Source: a virus (lineage: Duplodnaviria; Caudoviricetes). From it: a DNA stretch of 42,664 nt. The notes beneath the pieces were generated by a model. That model ran no database searches. It saw only the letters and a program-made list of their open reading frames with translations, and had not been told where the DNA came from. Shown here piece by piece: positions 29,036 to 37,287 of this stretch. The stretch covers positions 1 to 42,664 of IMG/VR virus record IMGVR_UViG_3300048897_000028. One strand, written 5' to 3'. How positions within the stretch are numbered: the stretch's first letter is position 1; every line of letters starts with the position of its first letter. The position numbers and the translations under genes were made by a program.

Positions 29036-29738
29036 CTGCGCTCTCTGCTTGAATGGAAGGAACGCGGTTGATACTGGTTTCACATGAAACGTAATCGGAA
29101 GGCTGCTCCAGCTTCTTTCGGCAAGGCGGTATCCAGATCATCGGCCTGGGGCTGGCGTTTTCCATCCAGACGAGCCAGCAATAGGAAGTCGCCGTCGATC
29201 CCGTTGCAGTTAGCCTCCCCTTGACCATGGGGACGCGCTCAGTGAATTGCGCAACGATCGTGGGAGGGTTGATGGCATACAGACGCTCATATCGCCCTAC
29301 GCCCTCCAGGAACGACGTGCGAACGATCATCGCCGTTCCCTGCCAGCCCTTTACCTGTCGTGCCCGCTCAATAAACTGCTCGGCAAGACGGAACGGGGGA
29401 TTTGTGATAATCCAGTCGGCGCCCTTCAACATGATACTGGATGGCTCGGTGCCCGGCATAAGGAAGTCACAAACAAAGTGGTCGCGGTATTGATGAATAT
29501 CGCTTTCGACCACTCGGCCGAAATATTCCCGCAACGGCGCGCTCATGTGGCCGCGATTTGCGGCTGGCTCCCATACAGACATTTGCTTAAGATCGCGCCG
29601 ACCAGAAAGCCCAATCTGAGGGATCAGGACATGCTCGATCAATGCTCGCGTAGCCCATGGTTGGGTAGGAAAATCATCAAGGGAATCGTGCGGCTCCGAC
29701 CGCTGCTGCATTACGGCTGATGAGGTATTTTGGCTCAT
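29016..29738 (-). CDS. DNA amino-methyltransferase (probably N6-adenine)
   Basis: DDFPTQPWAT, WEPAANRGHM (SAM motif), IITNPPF. Confidence 0.85.
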   Translation of the reverse strand: MSQNTSSAVMQQRSEPHDSLDDFPTQPWATRALIEHVLIPQIGLSGRRDLKQMSVWEPAANRGHMSAPLREYFGRVVESDIHQYRDHFVCDFLMPGTEPSSIMLKGADWIITNPPFRLAEQFIERARQVKGWQGTAMIVRTSFLEGVGRYERLYAINPPTIVAQFTERVPMVKGRLTATGSTATSYCWLVWMENASPRPMIWIPPCRKKLEQPSDYVSCETSINRVPSIQAESADERAGT

Positions 29739-29818
29739 GCCGCTTTACTCTCCCTGCGAAGCTGCTTCTGTAGCTTTCCCCTCAAGACGCTCTCCAGTTC
29801 GTTCCTGCGGATTGGCAT
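29735..29818 (-). pseudogene. Displaced 3' fragment of gene 30325-30513 (27 codons, MPIRRNELESVLRGKLQKQLRRESKAA)
   Basis: 16/20 aa identical to C-terminus of upstream gene; ATGA-coupled to the MTase. Confidence 0.8.
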
Positions 29819-29821
29819 CTT

Positions 29822-30328
29822 TTATGCCACGCGCGCAAATTCGTTGAAGTTGGCTCCTGCCGCCAAGACATAGGCTGCGTAGGCTTCTTCGGCCGTATTG
29901 AAGTGGCCTAGCAAAATTGTCCTCTTGTTGACCGTGATTGCGGCCCGCCACTTCTTGCCTATTCGGCTTTTATGGAACGACACACCTTTGAAACCACACT
30001 TATTGTTTCGTTGTGTGCGTTTGTTCTGTGCGTTTTGAACGGCCGTGGCCTCACGCAAGTTATTGAACGCATTATTAGATGGATCGCCGTCTTTATGGTC
30101 AATCAAGGTGGTCGGATAAAAGCCGTTGATGTAGCACCAAGCGATTTGGTGAGCCTGCAATTTTCTGCCGTTCCAATAGATGCTCACATATCCACGCGCG
30201 TTTTGGCTGCCAGCCGGCGCGCCTCGGAATTTGTTTGCCTCGATGTTCTTCCATGTGAAGAGACCGCTAACACGGTTATAATCAAGCCGATGTTGAAGCT
30301 CCTGCTGAGATGGCCAGTGCGGTTTCAA
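29822..30328 (-). CDS. HNH-AP2 homing endonuclease
   Basis: AHQIAW...IDHKDGDPSNN..NNLREAT (HNH); GFKGVS...WRAAI...LGHF.TAEEA (AP2). Confidence 0.92.
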   Translation of the reverse strand: MKPHWPSQQELQHRLDYNRVSGLFTWKNIEANKFRGAPAGSQNARGYVSIYWNGRKLQAHQIAWCYINGFYPTTLIDHKDGDPSNNAFNNLREATAVQNAQNKRTQRNNKCGFKGVSFHKSRIGKKWRAAITVNKRTILLGHFNTAEEAYAAYVLAAGANFNEFARVA

Positions 30329-30513
30329 GCTGCCCTCCTATTTTCTCTACGCAATTGTTTCAACATCTTCCCATCCAATACCGATTGGAGTTCATTGCGG
30401 CGAACTGAAAACGGCCTTTCAAGCGCTACCAATGCCCGCAGGTGATAGATCTGCTGCGGGAGGCTCAGCCGCTTGATGCGGGACAGTACGAGGTGGAGCG
30501 GGGTGGGTTTCAT
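30325..30513 (-). CDS. Small basic hypothetical protein (62 aa, MKPTPLHLV...)
   Basis: ATGA-coupled to gcrA, TTGA-coupled to HNH gene. Confidence 0.75.
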   Translation of the reverse strand: MKPTPLHLVLSRIKRLSLPQQIYHLRALVALERPFSVRRNELQSVLDGKMLKQLRRENRRAA

Positions 30514-31004
30514 GCATGCGCCTCCAGATGCCTTGAGGTGATCTTGGTTGCGGCTTTCTCGCTTGCTGTTCCTGGTCCGATCGACAGATAGAAATGCGAC
30601 CCGCAATAGGATGACCCCTCATGCTGTGGATGCCCGCAGTGGGTAAACGGGCCGTCTCCGTAGGGCCATCTGCAATCGTTCAATGCGAGGTCCGCCAGAG
30701 ATTTATGCAGCGGGATTATCTCAACACAGCGAAGCATGGCGGCCTCTTCTGGATTGAAGATGTTGCGGACCGTGAAAAGTTTTACCGGCTTTGGCCGCGG
30801 CTTATAGGCTCGCGGAGGACGCTTGTAAGGCGCCTTGTTCTCGTATCCGGTGGAGCGCGTCAGCCCCATCCGGTTGATCTTCCCGATCACGGCATTGCGG
30901 GTAACATCGCATCGCAGAGCGGCGGCGATTTGAGAACTGGAAAGACCATCCTCGTATAACTTTACGAGATCGCTCTTGAGTTCTTCAGTCCAGTTGATCC
31001 CCAT
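30510..31004 (-). CDS. gcrA: GcrA family cell-cycle regulator homologue
   Basis: WTEE...L.KL...GLS.SQIA..L..VTRNAVIGKI.RMGL and L.DL...CRWP.GD..F..CG....S.YC..H. Confidence 0.92.
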   Translation of the reverse strand: MGINWTEELKSDLVKLYEDGLSSSQIAAALRCDVTRNAVIGKINRMGLTRSTGYENKAPYKRPPRAYKPRPKPVKLFTVRNIFNPEEAAMLRCVEIIPLHKSLADLALNDCRWPYGDGPFTHCGHPQHEGSSYCGSHFYLSIGPGTASEKAATKITSRHLEAHA

Positions 31005-31010
31005 CAGCTT

Positions 31011-31373
31011 TCACTTTCTAGCCATGGCGCGACGCGAGCCGCCAAATTGACGAGTAAAGTCGCTAGCATAATCAATCGACGGGCTATGGAAGTCCGCATC
31101 CCCCGCAGCAAGGGAGGCTTCGAGCTTGGCGAGCCGTAATTTGATGTCATGAAATTCGTTCCTCGCCGTCTTTTCGTTTTTGATGCGTAGAGCTTCTTTG
31201 ATCTGGTCGATCTCGAAGGGCTCGATGCGGCGAGCCTTGCCATACCAAATGTCGTAAGTGCGCCAGTAGGTAAGTCTGGCTAAGCGGGAAGTGCGATCAA
31301 GGACGCTCTTGATGCGTTCACCCGGCGCCCAGGGTAGGGAAAGTTCTCTCAGCATTAGCGCTGCATCGGCCAT
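31011..31373 (-). CDS. Putative DNA-binding regulator (cII position)
   Basis: R..DIWYG.ARRI motif, coiled-coil C-terminus; position. Confidence 0.5.
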   Translation of the reverse strand: MADAALMLRELSLPWAPGERIKSVLDRTSRLARLTYWRTYDIWYGKARRIEPFEIDQIKEALRIKNEKTARNEFHDIKLRLAKLEASLAAGDADFHSPSIDYASDFTRQFGGSRRAMARK

Positions 31374-31513
31374 TTTCAGGCCCTCCCATCAGAATTGGGA
31401 GCGCTCCCAACGATTAGCACGCATTCTTTGAACATGACGCAAACACCTTCTTTTGTGGGGTTTCTATGGTCTTCCGGACAATCGGATTTCACACCGAACT
31501 GATTTTGAATCGC

Positions 31514-31747
31514 CTACGCAACGAACGCCAAATATCCGACGATGAGCGCACCAATAATGAGAAACGGCGAGACCAGCAGCGCGCCGAACAGGACACTCGC
31601 GCCCAGCTCGCGCTCGTCAAAAGACGGCTGGCTCAACTCGCGCGTAATGATTGAGTGTTGCGGCAGTGCGTATTTGCTGCCCTGAGAGCGGGGCCGTGGC
31701 TCATCCCCCGGCGCGGCCCCGCTCGTCACTCCGAAATTACGGGTCAT
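31514..31747 (-). CDS. Small membrane protein
   Basis: C-terminal hydrophobic segment; ATGA coupling. Confidence 0.5.
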   Translation of the reverse strand: MTRNFGVTSGAAPGDEPRPRSQGSKYALPQHSIITRELSQPSFDERELGASVLFGALLVSPFLIIGALIVGYLAFVA

Positions 31748-31923
31748 GGCCGCACCTGTCTTACGCTAATGCTTTTAGCGAGGCGCTTCGCGTGCATCTC
31801 GACTTTACCGTAAGCGAGCCATGCATCTTTTCTTTCGGGGTTGTGAAGCAGAAATTGAACAGCGCGACCCGCGACGATGAGGTTTTCTTCATCACAAAGT
31901 AAAATGCAGCGCACCACGGCCAT
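31744..31923 (-). CDS. Hypothetical protein, 59 aa (MAVVRCILLCDEENL...VRQVRP)
   Basis: Read manually; RBS GGAGAGG; ATGA coupling. Confidence 0.6.
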   Translation of the reverse strand: MAVVRCILLCDEENLIVAGRAVQFLLHNPERKDAWLAYGKVEMHAKRLAKSISVRQVRP

Positions 31924-32110
31924 TACGCCTCTCCCCCAACCCTAAACGTCATGATCGCTTCCCCAATATATGCAAGGCGCCGTGCACAGTTGTTCCGCTC
32001 AGGAACAACCAGCAGTAGTCACACGGTGTGTGTTCATGCAGATTCTTGTTGTGTCGGGTACATGACAGTGCAATCAATGACCCTCTTGCGAGCGGCAAGG
32101 GGGAGTAAAC

Positions 32111-32344
32111 ATGCCAGAAATGCTGGAATGCGTCGGGGTGCCCGAATTCTTCTATACGACCATCGGAAAGACAGAGCCGGCCGGCGGCGGATGCGTCAGG
32201 ATCTATTGCTGCATCGAACGCTGCGGCGCTCTCATCCCCCAGTTTACCGTCGTCATTCCAGCATCGTCCCTGCTCACTGCAACCAAACTCGCCCAAGACG
32301 CGGCGATGGAGGTTTTCAGCTCGGATCGCCTCGCCTGTCATTGA
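32111..32344 (+). CDS. Hypothetical protein antisense to the cro operon
   Basis: Strong RBS AAGGGGGAG; protein-like composition; convergent on cro. Confidence 0.55.
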   Translation: MPEMLECVGVPEFFYTTIGKTEPAGGGCVRIYCCIERCGALIPQFTVVIPASSLLTATKLAQDAAMEVFSSDRLACH

Positions 32345-32550
32345 GCCGTCTCCGGCGCACGGATGTCCTGATAGTCGTCTGCCGTCGAAAAGCCGTTCGT
32401 AAACTTCCTGATCTTCTCAATCGTTGACCAGTCTGGTCGCACAAGCCTGCGGCGGATTCTGCTCACGGTAGGACGCGAGCATTTGATGCCCTTCGCAACG
32501 TCTTCGTCGGAAAGGCCCTTGTCTGCCATGTAGTCAGCTAAATGCACCAT
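32338..32550 (-). CDS. cro: Cro-like XRE HTH regulator (70 aa)
   Basis: LADYMADKGLSDEDVAKGIKCSRPTVSRIRR; divergent from repressor. Confidence 0.8.
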   Translation of the reverse strand: MVHLADYMADKGLSDEDVAKGIKCSRPTVSRIRRRLVRPDWSTIEKIRKFTNGFSTADDYQDIRAPETAQ

Positions 32551-32559
32551 AGGCCCGCT

Positions 32560-32644
32560 TGTACATGGGGCGCACATTGGTTGTCAAGCCCTTCGTGCGC
32601 CCGGTGTTCTGGACAAGCTATTTTCACGGTGCATGATACGTACA
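32560..32644. promoter_or_regulatory. OR-like region: three 17-bp operators and divergent promoters
   Basis: TGTACA-N5-CGCACA (32560), CGTGCG-N5-TGTTCT (32594), GGTGCA-N5-CGTACA (32628); TTGACA on minus strand at 32587-32582. Confidence 0.75.
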
Positions 32645-32988
32645 TGGCGAGAAAACAAATCCGACCGAGGCCGAAAAGCCCCCGTTTCCGGCTGACATTC
32701 ATGAGGCAGTGGCGGGAGCACCGGGGAATGACCCTGGAACGGGCTGGCGAGGCCGTGGGGATGTCTCACGCCCAGCTCGGGCGCATAGAGCGGGGCCTGC
32801 AGCCATACAATCAGGAGCTTCTTGAGCGCCTGGCAGATCTATATCGGACGGAACCGGCCAGCCTAATCATGCGTGATCCCACCAAAGAGGACGCCATCTG
32901 GTCGTTGTGGGAACAGGCCGAAACCGGCCAACGGCAGGAAATCGAGAAATACGCCGAATTTATCGTGAAAATGAGAACCGGGACATAA
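32644..32988 (+). CDS. cI: CI-like XRE HTH repressor (114 aa, no S24 peptidase domain)
   Basis: MRQWREHRGMTLERAGEAVGMSHAQLGRIERG HTH; between operator clusters. Confidence 0.8.
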   Translation: MARKQIRPRPKSPRFRLTFMRQWREHRGMTLERAGEAVGMSHAQLGRIERGLQPYNQELLERLADLYRTEPASLIMRDPTKEDAIWSLWEQAETGQRQEIEKYAEFIVKMRTGT

Positions 32989-32996
32989 AAAGGCCG

Positions 32997-33185
32997 TCAA
33001 CAGCCGTCAGGATAGTATTCCGGCGGGCGAGGCTTCAGCAAGCACCCGGACGGCGTGATCCCAAGACCCGGGATGTCCAATTTGCCAAATATCCGATCGT
33101 ATCCGCCCGGCCGCGCTGCGCTGACGCCAACGACCAGCAACGCAAACAAGCCGGCCAACGCGGATATTGCCAGTTTTGTGGACAT
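32997..33185 (-). CDS. Small exported/membrane protein in immunity region
   Basis: RBS GGAGG; signal-peptide-like N-terminus. Confidence 0.5.
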   Translation of the reverse strand: MSTKLAISALAGLFALLVVGVSAARPGGYDRIFGKLDIPGLGITPSGCLLKPRPPEYYPDGC

Positions 33186-33256
33186 TTGAGCCTCCGACGT
33201 CATTGTACCGCACCCCGGCATAATTGAAAAGCCGCCTTGGTTTCAAAGGGGTACAG

Positions 33257-33277
33257 CAGCCGGATTCGGCTGTTTTT
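33257..33277 (+). terminator. Terminator downstream of cI
   Basis: CAGCCG-GATT-CGGCTG-TTTTT. Confidence 0.7.
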
Positions 33278-33293
33278 ATTTGCCAAAATTATT

Positions 33294-33346
33294 TGTGCGC
33301 CGGATACACATTTCCTATTGACGACTATGTGCATCCCGTGTACAAA
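33294..33346 (+). promoter_or_regulatory. OL-like operators and pL-like promoter
   Basis: TGTGCG-N5-TACACA (33294), TGTGCA-N5-TGTACA (33328); TTGACG-N17-TACAAA (33318-33346). Confidence 0.8.
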
Positions 33347-33392
33347 CATATCCATCGGAACGGCGAACACAGCCAACAGATGGGGCAAGCAG

Positions 33393-33578
33393 ATGGGCTT
33401 CGATTTCTATACCGCCTACTGCAAGCAGTTCGGAGCAACCTACGGCGCCCACAACTGCCCTACCCGTGAGGAATGGGATGCGATGTGCAGGCAGCCGCGC
33501 AAGGTTCGGAAATTCACAGATGCCGAGTTCGACCACAATCAATTCAGCGAGGAAAACGGCGATGGCGCGATCTACTGA
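33393..33578 (+). CDS. Hypothetical protein, first gene of early-left operon
   Basis: First ATG with plausible RBS after pL. Confidence 0.65.
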   Translation: MGFDFYTAYCKQFGATYGAHNCPTREEWDAMCRQPRKVRKFTDAEFDHNQFSEENGDGAIY

Positions 33579-33756
33579 CGCACAACTCTACGCCGTCGCA
33601 AAGCTGGTCGGCTATTGCGAGGCTATCGCTTCAAGCGGGCTCGTCGGCGAAATCATGGAGCGCCGCTTGCGTGAACGCATCGCCGAGACGCTTTCCGCTT
33701 TCAACATGGAACCGCACCAGGAAGTCGTCAACCGCATCATGGAGCAGCGAGTATGA
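33562..33756 (+). CDS. Hypothetical protein
   Basis: RBS GAGGA; coupled to next gene. Confidence 0.65.
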   Translation: MARSTDAQLYAVAKLVGYCEAIASSGLVGEIMERRLRERIAETLSAFNMEPHQEVVNRIMEQRV

Positions 33757-33980
33757 GTATCACGGAATACGACCAGAACATCAAGCCGCACCTCAATGCA
33801 GCGCGCGAGCTTGCCTACCGCACGACGCGCGAGATCAGCCGCCTTCCTGCAAGGCCCGCTTTCTTCACACTCGCCGAACACGAACTCGAAGAAGCGCGCA
33901 AGGCTCTGGAAGGAGCGCTCGGCACGATCAAGCTGGCGCAAGCCTTGTACGAGGCCAAACCGATCGAAGCGAATAGCTAA
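33753..33980 (+). CDS. Hypothetical helical protein
   Basis: ATGA and TAATG coupling. Confidence 0.7.
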   Translation: MSITEYDQNIKPHLNAARELAYRTTREISRLPARPAFFTLAEHELEEARKALEGALGTIKLAQALYEAKPIEANS

Positions 33981-34471
33981 TGCCACCTCGCCAGAAACCA
34001 CTCGCGGATCGTCTTTGGGCAAAGGTCAAAGTGGCCGGACCTGATGAATGTTGGCCGTGGACTGGTGCGACGGACAAGAACGGTTACGGCCGCATTCAAG
34101 TCATGACCGATGGAAAATGGGGAACGCAGCTAGCCCACCGTGTCGCCTACAAGCTCACCAAGGGAGGCATCCCAAACGATATCGGACTCTGTCACTCCTG
34201 CGATAATCCGCCTTGCTGCAATCCTGCTCACCACTTTCCCGGCACGCAACTCGATAACATGACAGACGCGAAATCAAAGAGCCGTATTCGCAATAGCACA
34301 AACGGCCATCTTCAGAGTCTCAAGACGCGCTGTAAACGAGGCCACGAATACACAGAGGAGAATACTTACCGACCACCAGGAAAGAACGAGCGTTGGTGCA
34401 GAACGTGCCAGCGCGAACACAATCGAAACTTCAAAGCAAAGCACAAGGAACATAACCATGAAAATCTCTGA
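33980..34471 (+). CDS. HNH endonuclease (free-standing, homing-like)
   Basis: CWPWTGA..NGYG, AHRVAY, CHSCDNPPCCNPAH..GT..DN; C-terminal CKRGHEY...CRTC. Confidence 0.9.
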   Translation: MPPRQKPLADRLWAKVKVAGPDECWPWTGATDKNGYGRIQVMTDGKWGTQLAHRVAYKLTKGGIPNDIGLCHSCDNPPCCNPAHHFPGTQLDNMTDAKSKSRIRNSTNGHLQSLKTRCKRGHEYTEENTYRPPGKNERWCRTCQREHNRNFKAKHKEHNHENL

Positions 34472-34880
34472 AACCTTTCCTTCAAAATACCTCAAAGCAT
34501 CAGATCTGGGCGGCCGTGAAGTTCGCGTCACAATGGCAAATGTCGAAATGGAAAAACTCGGCGATGACATGAAGCCAGTCGTTTACTTCAAGGGCAAGGA
34601 AAAGGGTTTTTGCCTCAACAAGACCAACAGCTACACCATTTCGGACGCCTACGGCGACGACACTGAAGATTGGTACGACCAGCCCCTTATCCTGTTTTCT
34701 GTGATGGTTGACTTTCAAGGCAAGGTTGGCCCTGCCATCCGCTGCCGCGTCCCGACGCCGAAGGACAATCGAAACGTTCGGCCTGATCCAATCTCGAGCG
34801 GGCATGACGAAGCGCCGCGCCGGCAGGTTGGTGGCGTGTCCGACAACATGACGCTTGCTGACGACGAAATTCCATTTTGA
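34458..34880 (+). CDS. Putative single-stranded DNA-binding protein
   Basis: FPSKYLKASDL...LNKTN; acidic tail DDEIPF. Confidence 0.7.
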   Translation: MKISETFPSKYLKASDLGGREVRVTMANVEMEKLGDDMKPVVYFKGKEKGFCLNKTNSYTISDAYGDDTEDWYDQPLILFSVMVDFQGKVGPAIRCRVPTPKDNRNVRPDPISSGHDEAPRRQVGGVSDNMTLADDEIPF

Positions 34881-34887
34881 GGCTGAC

Positions 34888-35463
34888 ATGACCGCTTTCC
34901 GCGCCACTTTCTCTGACATGAAGTTGGTCAAGACGCGCCAAGTTGCGCAATTGATCTTCGAAATCCCGATTGAGGAATTTGACGCGGCATACGAAGTGCT
35001 TGGCGGAATGCCTGTGCCATCCAAGGAGCGATGGTTCGGGATTGCCGCCTTGGTTGCAGGAGCCACTGCGCCAGTGGCAGGCCGCTCTATGGCGAGAGAA
35101 CAACGAGCGGAGCAAGGAAACCCAGGAGGACGCCATGCGCTAGCCCCAGATGATTTTAACCCTGACACAGAAGAGGCTTCGCGGGATGAACCTGCGCCCG
35201 TGAAGCCTCGCAGGGACTGGAGAGATTTACCAGCTTCTCAACAGGCAGGCATCCGGATCAACGAGGCTACCTTCGCCGCTTACTTGTGTGAAGAGCATTC
35301 GGACGAATGGCATGAAACCGGGGACGCGGACGAATGCCTAAAGCTGATCTGCCGCATTCAATCCAAGACCGAACTTATGGCTGACCCGCGCCGCACAATG
35401 CTTTGGCATCAACTCGATACGGCCTACCAAGCATGGCTTGCAAAGGAGCGCGTTGGAGCATGA
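34888..35463 (+). CDS. Hypothetical protein
   Basis: RBS GAGG; FRATFSDMKLVKTR..QL.FEIP. Confidence 0.7.
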   Translation: MTAFRATFSDMKLVKTRQVAQLIFEIPIEEFDAAYEVLGGMPVPSKERWFGIAALVAGATAPVAGRSMAREQRAEQGNPGGRHALAPDDFNPDTEEASRDEPAPVKPRRDWRDLPASQQAGIRINEATFAAYLCEEHSDEWHETGDADECLKLICRIQSKTELMADPRRTMLWHQLDTAYQAWLAKERVGA

Positions 35464-35789
35464 GGCGTGAGTTCCCCAAACAAGTGAAGCGAGACGCGCT
35501 GCGACGCGCTGCCGGCAAGTGCGAGGCCCCGAACTGTGGCGCGCTGTATGGCGTCAAGTTTCATTTCGACCATGAAATTGCGGATGGCCTTGGTGGTGAG
35601 CCTACCTTGGAAAATTGCAAGGTGCTCTGCCACGCTTGCCATGCCGAGAAAACTGCCAAACATGACATTCCTTTGATTGCGAAGACCAAGCGCATCCAGG
35701 ACCGACACAACGGGATCAAGAAGCGCAGGACTATCACGAGATGGCGGCGCTTTGATCGCTCAATCGTATATGCGGAGCGCGAGCGATGA
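35460..35789 (+). CDS. HNH endonuclease (109 aa)
   Basis: CEAPNCG...FDHEIADGLGGEPTLENC.VLCHACH. Confidence 0.85.
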   Translation: MRREFPKQVKRDALRRAAGKCEAPNCGALYGVKFHFDHEIADGLGGEPTLENCKVLCHACHAEKTAKHDIPLIAKTKRIQDRHNGIKKRRTITRWRRFDRSIVYAERER

Positions 35790-35959
35790 CTTCCGGAACG
35801 CGCCTGATGCTGTTCTCGATCCTGGGTTTTGCAGCGCTGCTGAAGCTGACATTTTCACCCCCGAAGTTTGAGGCTGATAACTTCATCTGCCACCACGAAC
35901 CTTCATGCTGTGATGAAGGAAAGCACTATCTGCACAAATACGATTGTGAGGGGAAGTGA
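35786..35959 (+). CDS. Small Cys/His-rich protein with hydrophobic N-terminus (57 aa)
   Basis: Read manually; coupled on both sides. Confidence 0.5.
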   Translation: MTSGTRLMLFSILGFAALLKLTFSPPKFEADNFICHHEPSCCDEGKHYLHKYDCEGK

Positions 35960-36537
35960 TGAAGTTTGCATATGCTGACCCACCCTATCTTGGCCGCGGC
36001 GAGTATTACCGCGCACATCATCCCGACGCCATGTCGTGGAATCGGCTGGAGACACATGCCGACCTGATCGCTCGCCTGCAGGCCGAGTATCCGGACGGCT
36101 GGGCAATGAGCCTGAGCGAGCGCAGCCTGCGCCAAATCCTTCCCTTGTGCCCGCCTGAGGCCCGCACGGCGGCATGGTGCACTGACCGCCCTAGGTTTGC
36201 CGGCAAGGCCATTGCGGTCCGCAAGCACTTTGAGCCCGTGATTTTCTGCGGTGGTCGCAGCTACGACGAAACCGGCAACCGAACCGCCGACTTCATCGTG
36301 ACGAAGCAAGAGCCATTGCCTGCAGGCCAGCCACGATATGCGATGAAAAAGCACGATCTGCGCTCAGGGCAGACGTTTGTTGGCCGGAAACCGCAGGCAT
36401 TCTCGCTTTGGGTGCTCGATTTACTCGGCTGGCTTCCCGGAGACACTATCGATGATTTATTTCCCGGCAGCGGGGCGGTAACGGCGGCATGGGCCACGAA
36501 GCTAGAATGTCCCGAACTCTTCACAGCCCGCCCCTAA
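35956..36537 (+). CDS. DNA amino-methyltransferase (beta-type motif order)
   Basis: YADPPY near N-terminus; KP...DLFPGSGAV near C-terminus. Confidence 0.8.
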   Translation: MMKFAYADPPYLGRGEYYRAHHPDAMSWNRLETHADLIARLQAEYPDGWAMSLSERSLRQILPLCPPEARTAAWCTDRPRFAGKAIAVRKHFEPVIFCGGRSYDETGNRTADFIVTKQEPLPAGQPRYAMKKHDLRSGQTFVGRKPQAFSLWVLDLLGWLPGDTIDDLFPGSGAVTAAWATKLECPELFTARP

Positions 36538-36625
36538 CCGATGACAAATCACCGAACCAGAGAACCCGCGTCGATACCTGTCGGTCATCAGGGACCGATG
36601 ATGGGTCGAGAGTGGAGGGAGAGAG

Positions 36626-37012
36626 ATGATGAACTATGAGGACCCGGACCACGACGGCAATTCGTCCAAATGGCACACCGGTAAACAGTGTGTCGAGAAG
36701 GGCTGCAGGAAGCCGGCGGGGACATGGTGGAGCCCGGTTTGGTGCTTCGATCATAATGTCGAGCGGATGAAGCGGGTGACCGCTGCCATGGACGACGCCG
36801 CGAAGCGCGCCGAGATTGCGGCCTTGATCGACAAGGAAACCGCCTCCCTCAGGAACTGGGCATTTGAAATGTCTCGGACCATTAAAGCCATGGTGCTGGC
36901 TTCGGGCGGCACACTTGTCATCAAGAATGCTGACAAGGATCGCAAGATCACTAGCGAGTCGGTTCAATACGGGAAAGATACGACGACTTACAATTACCAA
37001 CCGCAACCCTGA
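36626..37012 (+). CDS. Hypothetical protein with N-terminal Cys/His motif
   Basis: RBS GGAGGGAG; CVEKGC...CFDH. Confidence 0.7.
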   Translation: MMNYEDPDHDGNSSKWHTGKQCVEKGCRKPAGTWWSPVWCFDHNVERMKRVTAAMDDAAKRAEIAALIDKETASLRNWAFEMSRTIKAMVLASGGTLVIKNADKDRKITSESVQYGKDTTTYNYQPQP

Positions 37013-37047
37013 CCGACGATAGAACCCGAGAACTGGCGAGGACTCTC

Positions 37048-37287
37048 ATGAGCGTTATTGAAGGCAAACATAATTCTTGGCGGACCGGCGGGGTTAATGG
37101 TCACACCGTCCAGAAATGCGGATCGCACACAGGTCATGCCGTTCACGACGTGGCATTTTGCGACACGGCGGAGACCGCCAACATTTTCGTCGATGCCCTG
37201 CAGATGCTCAAGCAAATGCACGACCTGAACCCGGAGCGGAGCGCAAAGATCAAGGCGCTCCTCGATCGCGCGGGGCTGCTCTCATGA
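37048..37287 (+). CDS. Hypothetical protein
   Basis: RBS GAGGA. Confidence 0.7.
   Translation: MSVIEGKHNSWRTGGVNGHTVQKCGSHTGHAVHDVAFCDTAETANIFVDALQMLKQMHDLNPERSAKIKALLDRAGLLS

Noticed and set aside
33980-34471. Duplicated gene end around the second HNH, as seen at 29822
   Set aside because: No duplicated flanking peptide or DNA was apparent
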